From the NCBI GenBank assembly GCA_963693365.1, contig CAVNZM010000016.1, positions 219,341 through 283,340 of the forward strand: DNA of 64,000 nt. The letters are read 5' to 3'. Below, in pieces: positions 17,988 to 31,295 of the stretch. The DNA is from Amoebidium appalachense. Its lineage: Eukaryota; Protista; Ichthyosporea. How positions within the stretch are numbered: the first letter of the stretch is position 1; each line of letters opens with the position of its first letter. The position numbers and the translations under genes are program-made. The notes under the pieces were generated by a model that saw only the letters and a program-made list of their open reading frames with translations, had not been told where the DNA came from and did no database searches.

Positions 17988-20511
17988 TCTCAATCAGTCG
18001 TCATCGAAAGGCCCCAACAGAACGTGACTGTGTAAATGATAATTATCCTGCTACGTGACTTCTATTATTTATGGAATTATAGCTAGCCCCCCTGGAGCAG
18101 ATGGATGTGGGTAGCGTCTCACTGAGGCTCCTTTTCCGCCAGTCTCAACGCCTGTATAAGAAGTATAGACTAGTACCCTTGGCGCCGCGTATCTTTCTCT
18201 ATATAGGACGTATGTTTATGTTCTTGTCTTATTTCTCTGGCTCTTGAACAGCCTGAGTCACTATCACACTATAGTCGTCTAACGGCATCTGTGTTGGGTT
18301 TGCGCAAACACCTCGCAAGTGTCTAAAACGCTTGAATCATTCCTCGTTTGAATCATTAATCCAGGTACCGTCGCGTCGAACGGTTCAAGCCGCCCATCCG
18401 GCTAGCGTACGCGTAGTCAAGCGAAAAAAAATAAAAAAATAAAAATGCATGCCAGGCCAAGGTGGCCGAACGCAGGCATTTCAAAGGTGCATTCACCTCT
18501 TGTTGGCTTCATGCAATAATAATGCACTAAAACAAAAAACTAGAAACAACGCGCTCGTATTTTTGATTGGACGTGAAGGCGCTCCGACGTCTGCCGACAT
18601 ACACACCAACATACACCAATTCACCGATGCATGCACTCTGCACGAGTCCACACAAACGCACCCCTAAGCACACATCGTTCATCTATATGCCCGCACCTCG
18701 CGCATGTTGGTCTGAGGTCGAATATCCACCTCGCGTGCCTGTGCACAAACAGAAAACAGCAGACAGTTTTCAGATGTTCTTTGCATCGGGCCAGCCACAT
18801 TTATTGGAATGGCGCACGTGAAGCAATTGACGGACACACTATGATACAGGCACACACAGATGCACACATTCGCACGTACGTCAACGCATGAAACCGTGAA
18901 ACCTGAGAAACCACATGGCACAAGCAAGCGCACAGAGTCTGCGTCTGGCTCACCTAAAGAGGTTTCTTTCTTTCGCATCTCTCCCCCTTCCCTTCCCCTC
19001 TCCCCCTTCCCCGCTTCCCCCCCCCCCCCCCCCCCCCCCTTCCCCCCGCCTTTTTTCTTTTTTTTCAACTGTCAAGTTTGTGTCGTCTCTCGGCGCCACA
19101 CGTATGATACTCGGTGGGAACGGTTGCGCAAACTCCTCGAATATATCATCGCAAGATGTCACAAAGTTTGAATAAATGACAATCCCGGTTGAACAGGATA
19201 TACTACACTGAGCGTGTCAAGACTACCACTTACTTGTGACGTTGTGAAGGTGGCTGCTAGAAATTTCGCAACCTTTAGTTTTAGGCCACAAAGAATATGT
19301 TACAATTGAAGGTAAAAAGAGCACTTACTTTTGAACAATTATAGAAGCGATTGGACTCAAGCAAGCAATATCAGAACTGGACCAAGTGGCCCCCTGGATC
19401 ACGGATCTTTGATTGGTGATAACGGTTTTACGAGCCCGACATGTATGTTCATGATATTTGTTTGTCTGTATAAACTTTAAACTTTAATCAATTTGTTTTC
19501 CTTTGTAAAAAATACTTAAAACTGTAACTAAATAAACAGAGCCAATTAAATGAAGATCTCTATTGGTTAGATCATCTGCATGTTGCAATGCATGCAAATG
19601 AAAGCCAATCGTGTCAAGCCGATGATTATATGCATAACCCAATTATTTGAGGTGATTTTTAAGCAACCCAGGCACAAAAATTATGAACATGACTTAAGCC
19701 AAAAAAATAACCGGTTCTTGCATTATATTTTTTAAATTTATGCTCTAACCTCCATACACTCAATTTATTCCGCACGAAAGCACACCGAACTGCGAAAATC
19801 AACCTTTGACTGACGTTGCGGGCTTTTCTTTAGTCTACCAATCAGATTGGGTCTCCAGGGACATCTAGATGACTGGAATTTATTGTGCATTCTTGACAAA
19901 TATGCGTGACATTGTAAGCCAACGCTTACTGTAGCACTGATGATCTTATAGAACAAAAACACTCGTATCTTAAATTATAACACGTAAATTGTATGGTTAT
20001 TCTCCTAAATGGGGTGCTTGTGGGTCTCGGACGTTTCGCACGTGATACCGGTGTCACGGTTCGCCAGTTTCACCCTAGATCATAAACAGCGATGTGATTG
20101 GCTAACGCTGTTTCGATGTCGCATTTATAAATCGATTAATCGCCCCAACGTCGCTATTTTTCACCACGGCCTTTGAAACCCTTTGTTTTCCTTGAGTTCT
20201 TGTTCATAGTTGGTTTTTTATAATTTTCCCCTTTGAGTTTTTTTTTTAGCAAGTGATACACCTCATAGCTGTTTGTATAGTTGAATTTTCTGTTTGCATA
20301 GTCGAGGCTTTGGTACTCACATATGCTTCTGGCGTTTACTTTACTTCAATAAATATACGTGAATTATACCCACCCACAATCCATCGTTCCTACACATACA
20401 CATCCTGCTAGTAGGTTTTGAGACTTCAGTACATCACGGTTTCCCACACTTGCAAATGTCTTTCACGTTTAGGCTATAACGGCGGTTTATTTGGGGGGTA
20501 ATGCACATCAG

Positions 20512-23500
20512 ATGACAAAAGTCTTTTTGCACATAACGATCCCTGCGATGGGTTCGACCGTAAAACGGGGGGGCTGGGGAGCCCTTCCTGGAAGGTTGAG
20601 CTCGATTCTCATCCAGAAATACCTTAGGCTTACCCTGTTTATTCTGCTAGGTGTCGGCATTTTCTTGCATCTTTTCGCTCCATCCTCACCACTGGTTATA
20701 CCCAACGAAAATGAGACATACGAAAACCCAACCCCACGTCCAGTAAAACCACCAACACCCATCCCCCTCTCCACCAAATTTAAAACCACAACCGCTACCA
20801 GAAAAATCACAACCACAAACACAACCACAAAACACATACAAACCCGAACCAAAACGTATCAAGTACATCTACTACCGTGCAATAGGTAACGACCTTCCAC
20901 CAAGACACGCACTCGGTCAAACACTCACCAACGTTCAGTACATGTTGGACAACGAACCAGTCTTTCCAGAGATGGAAAAGAGATGGCTGGTGAACAGAAT
21001 AGTAGACCCCGAGCAGGAGAGGAAAGTTATTGCACTGCTGGAGAGCAGGAAGCAGATTTACCTCCATGTTCCAATCAACATCACCGAGTATGCCAAGAGA
21101 AACATTCGTTACGAGGGCTTCGGTGTGGCTGATATCCTACGTAGCGATGTTTACCACAACGCCACCGACCAACGAAAGGTGGAAATAGTCGATGCTATGC
21201 TCCACGACAAGAATCTTTATGTTATGCACAACAACGGCGCACGCAACATGATGCTTGAGGATGGCATAAAAGCAGGGGCAGAGTGGATCCTTCCCTTTGA
21301 CGGCAACTGTTTCATGACCAGAACGGCATGGGAGGAGATTAAATCTGCGCTTGAGCGCAAGGGTTCCGAGTCGAAGTACTTTGTGACGCCCATGGCACGG
21401 TTGCAGTCTAACGACCAGCTGTCAGAGCCTGGTTTCAGGCCTGAGGCTACAGAGGAGCCGCAGATCATCTTCCGGTGAGTGATGTTTGACGTTGTGTTCT
21501 GCTGTTCATTTTTCGTGTACACCATGCTGTGTGTTGCACTCGGTTACTTCTGTGGGCTTCGGTCTGTTCTCCTTGCACCTGTCTCTCTGAACAAGTCTGT
21601 TCTTAGCTGCCAAGCACAACATCGCTCTCCCTCCCCCCCCCCTCCCCCCCCCCCTCCCCCCCCCCCCCCCCCCCCCCCTGCCCTGCTCCCTCCTCCTTCA
21701 CCCCCCCCCTCTGCCCCCTCTCCCTTCCCCTCCCCTCCCCACGTTTTCATTACGCTAGCCCTTGTGAATCTGTACTTCACATTCATTACCACACCTTTAA
21801 ATTCTTTATCCCCACCACTATCACATTCTGGGGTTCGGCTTGCTCGTCCTTTTCACCCATAGGCTTTGCTGAAGCCCACTAACACGCTGAGCACGAGCCC
21901 CTCCCTGCACCCAACATGCTGCCTTTGCCTCTCTTTCTATCCCCGCTCTCCAAGACTCGCCTTTCTCTCACACACACCCATGTCACACGCACGCAATCTC
22001 TATTCTCTCTTCCCCCTCCTCCCCTCCTGCCCTTCCCAACCCACACCACTCGTCGACCCCTTCTTTTCTCCATTTGCTTATACTCCCTCCCCCCTCTCCC
22101 CCCTCCCCCCCCCTCCCCCCTCCCCCTTTACTCCATGCAACCGGGCATGGTTGCTCTGTGTCGTGCATCTGTAAGCACATACGCATTTTTTCGCTGCACT
22201 GCATTAGTTTGCACACACACCATCTTCGCCGTTTTGCTCACCTTGCTTGCATAAGCAACCCTGCTCGTCTTTGATCAAGACGGGTTGACCCGCCCAAGTT
22301 CAGTTGATGCTGTTGTCTGCGTTGGAGCGTCGTATATACGCGGGCTAAGGGGTCGAAACTCAGACGCAATTGATGACTTGGGTCCTCCGTGAGGATGGGC
22401 TCTGCTTATGACGCATACTGTGCACATGACTGATGTTGCATACTTGATTGTTTGCCTTTGCATGTGTCCTGCACCATGCTTCTCGTCATGTATGCGTACT
22501 TCGTACCATGTTCCGCATTCAAACCCCCCCCCCCCCCCCCCTCCCACACACACACACGCACACATACACACACAGCCACGACGCCAAGGAGCGCTTCAGT
22601 CCCAACATGCGCTACGGCCGCCGGCCCAAAGTCGAACTCCTCTGGCGATTGGCTGTGCCGGGGCCATGGGAGAAATGGCCGCAATCTATTGGACCGTGGG
22701 AGAAGAAGGAATGGACTATTTCTGACGACGTTCCCTTAGGAGGCGTCCCCACGGCGGGGTGGATCCCTCGTCTTTATTCCGGACAGGGGGCGCTGGAAAA
22801 GGCGGGGACGATCGTGAACAGGGGTATTAGTCGGTCTCAGGGGGTAGAGAGTATATTGTCGCGGTTGGATGTTCGTGTCGCCGAGGAAATGTACGGGTTT
22901 AAGGCGGGAAATTTGCTCGCTTGGAACGAGTCTGTGCTCCAGCGCGAACGGGACGCATACCGCGCCAAGTCCCACCCCGATCTGGTAAATCTGGTGAATC
23001 GCAAGATGCTCAAGTGCGCCGATGCCGCCCTCAAATTTGGTCCGTTTTCCGTCACGCACAAGAAGAATCTTCCCCCTAGCGACGACCCCCATGACTACTA
23101 CACGCCTTCCCCTTACTTTTGGCCCGACCCGAAAAACCCGAAAGCACCCTACAAGCGCCACGATGGGAAACGTGTCCCCGGGACGCTTCTTTACGACGAA
23201 CAGAGCGAAAATTATGACCGCAGCCGGCTGGCTTCCTTATTTGGTAATACCACGTGTTTGGCCCTGGGGTGGTATTTCACGGAAAGGAACGAATACGCCG
23301 TTCACGCCGCGGAGAATATTCGCACGTGGTTTTTGCGTAACGAGACGAGAATGAATCCTCACATGCGCTATGCGCAAATTCGGTGGGGTCACGATAACAA
23401 CGTCGGCGCAAATTACGGTATTATTGAAACCAAGGATTTGTACTTTCTTCTCGACGCGGTAAGGTTGGTAGAACGGTCGGGTGCGCTTTCTCCCGATGAA

Positions 23501-24112
23501 AGCGTCGCGCTCAAGGCGTGGCTGCGTGAGTTTGTGACGTATTTGTTGGAGAGCAAGCAAGGACTTGACGAGTATTACACTGCAAACAACCACGGCGTGT
23601 ACTATGACATTCAGATTGCAGCTATTGCGGCGTACATCGGCGACATGGACTTGTTTTTCCGACACACGGAACGTGCGAAGGGTCGCGCGCTTTGGCAGTT
23701 CGCCCCCGACGGATCGCTCCCGGAGGAGATGTCTCGTAAGACGCAACTTCACTATATGATGTTTGGCCTTCAAGGGTGGTATACGCTCGCTACCCTATCA
23801 CAGCGCGCGGGTGTGGACCTGTGGGGCTTTAAGGCAAGCAGTGATAGAACCCCGTTCCTTTACCGCGGCGCGAAATTTACAGTCCCGCAGTTTAATGTAA
23901 CGTGGACCAATCACCAGGTCGATAGGGAGGATATGGGGCGCATGTACCCCTTGTACTACGCGGCGGCGATCCATTACCCAAATTTGGTGAACGAGACGCA
24001 GGCATCTTTAAAGTACCCACGGCCCACCAACCTGTACGCTTTAAAGCCGGACTTTAACGCACATGACGGCATTATGCCTTATTGGAATTTGGGCCTTACA
24101 CTCATGAGTTGA
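20512..24112 (+). CDS. Type II membrane protein: TM anchor + Pro-rich stalk + GT-A-like domain + alginate-lyase-family ((alpha/alpha)n toroid) domain; one apparent frameshift
   Basis: Exon 1 20512 (or 20548)-21474 with hydrophobic LTLFILLGVGIFLHLF, then after a +1 shift at ~20750-20860 KYIYYRAIGNDLPPRHALGQT...NNGARNMMLEDG...AEWILPFDGNC. Intron gtgagt...cacag. Exon 2 22576-24112 with DYYTPSPYFWPDP...PYKRHDG, WFL..ETRMNPHMRYAQ, NNHGVYYD and HYMMFGLQ motifs typical of Alginate_lyase-family proteins. Confidence 0.85.
22250..22525 (+). mobile_element. Structured intronic repeat element, divergent copy
   Basis: CAACCCTGCTCGTCTTTGATCAAGACGGGTTGACCC...TGTCTGCGTTGGAG...GGGGTCGAAACTCAGACG...CTCCGTGAGGATGGGCTCTGCTTA...GTACTTCGTAC...GCATTCAAA+poly(C); lies in the single intron of the lyase gene. 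Confidence 0.75.
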
Positions 24113-24274
24113 GATGTGCAAAGTAGAAGGGGGAGGGGGGGGGGGGCTGTCGATTGGGTGTTTTTTTCCCCCTTAGGATTAAACGGCGTGTTTGGTTTTT
24201 TAAGGGTTTTTAATGGTTGGGTTAGTCCCGGTGTCATCATTTTGTTCTTCAATTTGGACGTGCATGTGATAACT

Positions 24275-24306
<32 letters not shown>

Positions 24307-24310
24307 ATGT

Positions 24311-24341
<31 letters not shown>

Positions 24342-24962
24342 GGGGGGTCCTTAAATAGTGGTAAAATAGCAAACATTGCGCAAGTATGTACGTATGTACC
24401 GTGAACACCGATATGTGGAATACGTAAGTATTTTGAGGAGTGTTGGTACCGCAGATATAGTATACAAGTATGAACACTGTGTAATGCATAGCAGTGCGAA
24501 TCTATTTGAGAATGTACGACCGGCCTGGTGTCGGTCAGTGTGATAATAAGTGCTACAATTTTCTGAGGTTTAATAACACTTTGTGCGATGTGGGTGTGGG
24601 TGCACGCGTCTTTGCATGTGTACGTTTACATGTGTGCAATGCCATGTGTGTGTGTGCCTGTACATGTCTACAGGCCTACATTCTACTGGTGTGTCGACGT
24701 GTGTGCATTTGCCTGTGCTTGTGTGCCCACGTGTATACGTGTATGCTACAGTGCATGCATGTGCCACGTGCACATGTATGCGCATGCCTGTGCGTGCACA
24801 CATCTACGTATGCATGAGCACATGTGTGGTCATGTGCACGTGTGAATGTGCCGCTGCAGTGCATGCGTGCAGAACTCTCTAGGTGCACTCGGGGTGTGAC
24901 GTGGCCGGTGGTACGTGGTTGTCGTGGCCATGCATATGGGTAGGGCGGCGGCGGCGGAGGGT

Positions 24963-24993
<31 letters not shown>

Positions 24994-25964
24994 CAGATAT
25001 GCCATATGTGGCAGTGCCACGCTGTTTTCGTGCACATGGCGATGTGCCTGCGGCATGATTTGCATCCATCGAAGTCGAAAATGCAAGTTCAATCGGTGCG
25101 TGACTCGTTACCATGTATGGCAATGATCTACGCAGCTAGTAAGGTAAATATGAAGAAAGGGGGAGGGGGGGGATCTTTGTGAAGCCCGGGAGTGGAGGAG
25201 CAGGATTGCTAGTGTGTCTTGTGTGTGTGTGGTGTGCGTGACGACAGTTAAGAGGAACGGGGTGGAAGGAGGGAGGGAGGGGGAAGAGGATAAGGGGGGA
25301 GAGGGGGAGACAGGGCGGACGGTTTGCAATTGAGGTTTGGTAAAGAGGGGAGGGGATGTTAGGGGAGGTAAGGGTGAAGGGCTTGTGTGTGTGTGTGTGG
25401 GGAAGGGGGGGGGGGGGGGGGGGGGGGGGGGGACGGGGGCGGCTAGGGGAGGAAGGGAGTGGATATGTATGTTAACTATGCAACAGTGCTTCAAGAGTTT
25501 TACTCGGCGGGTTGAAAGGTACCCAATAAGAAGCCTGAAAGGGGTCCCACCCCCCCCCCCCCCCTTTACCCCCCCCCCCCCCCCCCCCCCCCCCCCATGT
25601 CACAGGACGTTTTTGCACCGGGAAAATCTAGCCCTAGATCGTCTCCTAGACTGTATAGAGAAAGGCTAAATACCAAAGCGTTTCGAAATGGAAGCTTGCA
25701 TGTGTTCTGTGTTTCTAAATACTTTTTGGCATGTAGGATTTCAGCTTTATGCTGAATGTCTTCACATTAAAACCCCTATCGACATAGATACACCAACCTA
25801 TAGTGCAAAAATATCATGTGAAACCCCCTCAGCTCATCCGGGACCCCCCCCCCCCCCCCCCCCCCCCCCCCCGCCACCTCTTCCCAGCTCCTCCCCCACA
25901 CAGTGGATGGGCTTTAGCTTTATATTTTTTAGCGCCACCCTGCCCTCTCCCCTCTCTCCCCCTC

Positions 25965-25997
<33 letters not shown>

Positions 25998-26511
25998 AGA
26001 GAGAGAGAGAGAGAGAGAGAAAAGAAAAGAAAAGAAAAAAAACTCGAAACCTCGGAAAGAAAAAGAAAAAGAAAGACCAGAATTAGAAGAATGTTGAAGA
26101 GAAAATGATTGACACAGTAACACATTCTCGTACTCAGAAATACCAAAAGTTTTGCTGCCACAATCAAGGCCTTACAATACGGGTGACTATTAATATTAGC
26201 GACCAAACTCTGAACCAGGTGTCTGTTTCTGTCCCTACAATGCTGGTGTTAAATCGTGTCTTCAAGCATTATGGTGGTGGTGGTGGGGAGGGGAGAGGGG
26301 GGGGGGAGGGGGGGGGGGGGGGGGAGGCCGAGAAAGATAGAAGGGGGGTGGGGGGGAAGGGGGGGTGGGTGGGGGGGGGGGGGGGGGGGGGGGAAGTGGG
26401 TCTTGGAGATGCAGTAACACAGTGGCCAGAGTTGTGCATTACGCTTGTGCGGGTGTGTCACACAGTCCATGTGATGGTGTCCGTGCAGCATATATGCATG
26501 TAGCAATATGG

Positions 26512-26543
<32 letters not shown>

Positions 26544-26547
26544 CACG

Positions 26548-26612
<65 letters not shown>

Positions 26613-26988
26613 CGGGTGTGTAAGAACATGACAAAAAGCTGGACGCCATCTGGAAGTGTGTGTGTGTGTACGCGTATGCGGGGGTGCTTCGGTGTGTGGG
26701 TGTGGCTGTGCACGCGTGTGGGTATGAAGGTAGGTGTGACTCTCACTCAGTGTGTATGTGTTATTCATAGAACTTTCACTCGGTGTGTATGGAAGTTCAT
26801 AGAACTCTCACTCAGTGTGTATGTGTGATTTATAGAATCCACGCACGAGAACCTTGCCAGGCATGTACCTGTGCATGTGTGTGTGGGTGTGTGTGGGTGT
26901 GTGTCACGTGGTGTGCCTGTGCACCTGCTTTGGGTGAGGTCACCGCCCATGTGTGTGTAATCAAATGTGAGTGTGTTGGAGAGGCGAA

Positions 26989-27023
<35 letters not shown>

Positions 27024-27471
27024 GAGGCCAAGGGAAGGGGGGGAGGGGGGGGGACGGGGAGGAGGACGGGGTTTCGAGCCGGGGGGGAGGGGGGGAGATG
27101 GGGGGGAGGGAGGGTGGAGAAGGGGAGGAAGGGCGGGAGGGGGGAGGGGGGGGGGCTTCAGGGTGCTCGACCGTGTGTCCGTCACTGGAAGGGGAGTCTC
27201 AGTGTGCACATGTTATCATGTGATTACGGTAGCTGGGTGTAGGCTTCTGTGTGTGAAAGTAGAACATGTCGAAAGTTCTGAGCATATTATCCACACCGTT
27301 GCATTGGTTTGGTAATGAAATTCTCCAGAGTCTTTCTTTTCGTTGCTCTTGCACATGTATTTTCCTGGTTGATCGATGAGGGAAAGTGGGTGGGTGAGTA
27401 AGTGGGTTGACTGATAGTTTTGTGTCCGTGGACTGTGTGAATTTGGAGGAGGAGAGGGGGACCGGGGAGTT

Positions 27472-27528
<57 letters not shown>

Positions 27529-27530
27529 TC

Positions 27531-27579
<49 letters not shown>

Positions 27580-28421
27580 GTAGACGGGTTGACGAGGAAT
27601 TAAAAGTTTTTTTTCTGAATTTCTCGGTTGCTGCCGCAGAAAAAGCCGTGTGGGAATCGAGAAAGCAGAGCGCGGGTTTTCCTGAATGGTTTTTGGTTTT
27701 TGATGATACTCATTGGCTATCACAGAAAAATTATTGTTAAAGACGTCACCATTCATGTACACTCCTATGGTGGTTGTGGCCGGGATGTCTGGAGGGACTG
27801 GTTCCGTTTACGTGCGCAGAACGCATGTGCGCGCGAAGGGTGTGCTTGGGCCAGGGCGTGCGCTCGTCTCAGGACGTGTGTCTCGGGGTGTGTGTGCGCG
27901 CGCGTGTGCGCGTGTGCGCGTGTGGAGGGGGGGGGGGGGGGGGGGGGGGGTCGGGTCTGTCTGCTTGTGAGTTAGACCAGAGAGTTCTTTCAATAATAAC
28001 TGAACAATGAGCATGTAGTGTGCAAGATTAAATTATGGTGAAGTTTCTGTAAGTTTATTGAATTTGAGGAGAATATTTAATTCTGCTATTATAACAATAC
28101 ATTGGGAGATGATATATGCAAAACACCTCTTCTCCGATGATACTTGTGTGATATGTACAGTCCAAAGCCTTTCAAAATTAATCAGTATGCTTTTATGTGT
28201 CTTCAGCACTAGTACATACACAGTGAAAACTAAATCGCGTCAAAAACAAGCCGAGTGATTTGCAGCTGGTCAAAAAAAAAATAAAAAAAATCAAGAAGGC
28301 CCTTAAAAAAAAAAAAGAAAAGAAAGAAAAAAAGGGAAAAGGAGATTTGATGAAAAAACGGAAATTAAAAGAAAGAAAATCCCGTAGTTATACTTCATAA
28401 ACAAGTCACACGCGATACATT

Positions 28422-29060
28422 CTACACGAGCATTGCAGCCAACACACCCACAACCACACCAAACATACCCGGGGTAATAACCCCCGCACCACCTGCTTTT
28501 GTCGTGGTTTGACCCGCCGTAGGCGCGGTTGTGGTGGCCCCGGTTTGGGTGGGAGAAGTGGTAGTGGCAACGGGAGAAGTAGATGTCATAGTCATAGAGG
28601 AAGTGGAGCCAGGTGTGGTTGTGGTTCCACTCTGAGTTTGGGTTTGGGCGGCGGTGGAGGGAGAGGTAGAGTTGACAGAGGTGGTTGTGTTTGTCGCGTT
28701 TGCTTTGACAATGCTAACATACGCGTCAATCCCCAACTTGCGGTCAACGGGACCCAAGCACGCACCAAGAGGACCTTGCACATTCCACTGTGACTCGGCC
28801 GTGTTTTCAGAGCAGTTTGTTGAGTTGTAGCGCTTGAAAACGACGTTTGTGTTATTCACCAGCGTGGTAATGTAGTGCCAGTTGGTGAAGTTGGAGGGGG
28901 CCCTCGAGCACACACCAAACTCGAACGAACGACACTCGTTTTGCACTGGGGGCTTGAGCGTGCACGCGGAGTTGATGTATGGGCATGCAAGGCCGGTCTC
29001 TGCCGCTGTAAACGCGGAAAAGAAAAGTAAGGCGAGCGCGGGTGCAGGTGTGAACTTCAT
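28422..29060 (-). CDS. Intronless secreted, probably GPI-anchored surface protein (Cys-rich head, Ser/Thr-rich stalk)
   Basis: 212-aa ORF: signal peptide MKFTPAPALALLFFSAFTAA, 6-Cys domain with several N-x-S/T sequons, S/T-rich tract, small-residue omega region (KAGGAG) and hydrophobic C-terminus MFGVVVGVLAAMLV. Confidence 0.85.
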   Translation of the reverse strand: MKFTPAPALALLFFSAFTAAETGLACPYINSACTLKPPVQNECRSFEFGVCSRAPSNFTNWHYITTLVNNTNVVFKRYNSTNCSENTAESQWNVQGPLGACLGPVDRKLGIDAYVSIVKANATNTTTSVNSTSPSTAAQTQTQSGTTTTPGSTSSMTMTSTSPVATTTSPTQTGATTTAPTAGQTTTKAGGAGVITPGMFGVVVGVLAAMLV

Positions 29061-30646
29061 TTTCGTGTGTTTGTTTGAAAGGTGAAGTGAAAATGCAACG
29101 GGGACATAGAGAAATGAAGGGAAGATGTGTGTTTATATACTTGCGGACTTGTGCTGACGCGAACATGTGATTGGCGTCATCTTGAAAGATTTGGAAATGG
29201 GTAAAACTAGATCACAGATCTGATATGTCTCTTATGACCTGGTCTTAAATTGGCTCTCCTTCATAAACCTGATAGTAATATTACCTTAAAAACATCGCCT
29301 TATTAAATATATAAAAGTGCCATTTTGTGTGTTTAATAAGGTTAATTTATGATATATTTGACACAATAATGTATCAAAAACACTATGATATGTTGACAGC
29401 TTAAACTCGTTACCCCACTTCATAAGGGCTATCTTTGATTGGCTTTCGATTTTCTCATCTTTTTTTAGATTGACGTCACGCCCAGGGTCACGCCGGCAAG
29501 CCTTCCGTTTTCCCCTGTACTTTTGTTGTTTTTTGTGCATATTGACTTGGAAAAAATGTAGCTATTATAACCACCGTAAATTGAAAGAATTGTTCTGTTT
29601 GTGTGGCTTGTCGTTTTACGTCCAACACCTACAGTGTATCAGGACGGCTCTCACGATATGATCAGCTATTGTATGCAGCTATCAGAAAGTGCACGTGGCA
29701 CGCATTTGTGAAGTGATCGCGTGTTTTTTCCTCTTCTATTTTATATATAGCAGATCTGTACATAGACAGCACGCTTAGCCCACACATATGCCCATGTGTG
29801 CGTGATGAAGTCGAATAACAGCGAACAATTTTCATTATGTATATTCGCTAGCGCTGTGCCTGTAGCTGGGCATACACAGTAGCTATAGATAGGCAGATGT
29901 AGGCAGACTACCACTACGGGTAGTAAAAGTGTTGCAACACCGTGACAACCCGCTTCCATTGCTCCGAGACTGCATGCACGTGTCAGCTGTTCGTCACAGA
30001 GGCCACGTGGGCATTGCATGAACAACATTTTACACATTAGTGCTCAGAGCACATGCACAACTGTGGCCTGCAGCTGTACATGTGTATGTATGGTGCGCGT
30101 CATGACATGTATGTACGTCCTGCTACCTTGCAAGGCCCAGCAAGCATTGATTGACATGTGCAGATGCGCACGGCTGTCAAAAAATACTCTGACACCCCAT
30201 CCATCCGTGCATGCGACACACACACACACACACACACACTGTGCAGGTGACATGTTGGCTATTAAGAATCTACAAACACACATATATATGCTCGCTTGTT
30301 GGGGTTACCTCGGGCTTCTGCATACAAATTTTGGGTGGAAAGTACGTTGATTTTCATTGACAGGGTGCCACTGAAAGTTAGTAGAACGCAAATTTGTTTG
30401 TTTGTTTGGGGCTCACAACCCCACCAATACGTTGCAATGGGATAGATAAAAGCACCCAGACCAGCACCCACACACACACGGCATCTGGCGGTGAACTCAC
30501 GGGCACACACAAGCACCCACCACCTCCTTCCTTCCTCTTACTTACAACCCAAGCCACCGGCAAGCCCCCCACGCTCTATTTCCCACACCACCAAACACCA
30601 GAAACACCCTTTTTCCTTCTCTTTTCAACCACAGAAAAACAGCAAA

Positions 30647-31264
30647 ATGGCACCCGTTCTTTCTTTCTCCGCGGTTGTTTTTGCAACCCTTGCACTGGGC
30701 AGTGTGTGGATGGAGGGGGTGAGTGCCGGCGGCAAGAAGAAAGAGCAAGTGGTGCCCATCGTGCCCGTGCCTGTGCCCGTGCCCGTGGTGCCCCAGACCG
30801 TATTTTCAACGATTTTTGCGGCCCCCCAGGTGATTTACGAGACAAAGACCGTGCCAGGTGGGGGTTTTATAGTGTTGTTTTTTAGAAAATTTGGTTTTTG
30901 CAAAGATTTTTTTATGTTTTTTGGGGGGTGGGCTTTAGTTTGTGCAAAGATTGTGCAAAGGTATATAATTTGGGAATATAAAACGGCTACATTCACTTAA
31001 AGCCTTGAAAATACCTGTCAGATGTGTAAACAGTTGTTAACCCCCCTCCCCTCCCCCCTCAAAACCACCACTCCCTTCTCTTCGGATCGATGTGTTTTGC
31101 ATGTTTTTGTCTCCAATTAGCCCCTCTTCTGCTCCTAACAGAGCTTCGAACAGACAAATCATTGCCCTCCGCCTATCAGTCATTTAAATTCTAGGCACTA
31201 GAAATTGTGCTGAAGTCAAGCTTTAGATGTCGTGTAGATGAAATTTTATGCTGCTTACCATAAG

Positions 31265-31295
<31 letters not shown>

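Noticed and set aside
8970-17990. Initially read as a degraded LINE/DIRS element with a CCCH gag
   Set aside because: The segments have canonical GT-AG boundaries with matching phases and a start exon, and no RT, endonuclease or recombinase motifs; a spliced cellular gene fits better.
19380-20110. Cluster of CCAAT/ATTGG motifs upstream of the lyase gene (also ~37100 and ~55940-56030)
   Set aside because: Plausible promoter elements, but 5-mers without TSS data are insufficient to report as features.
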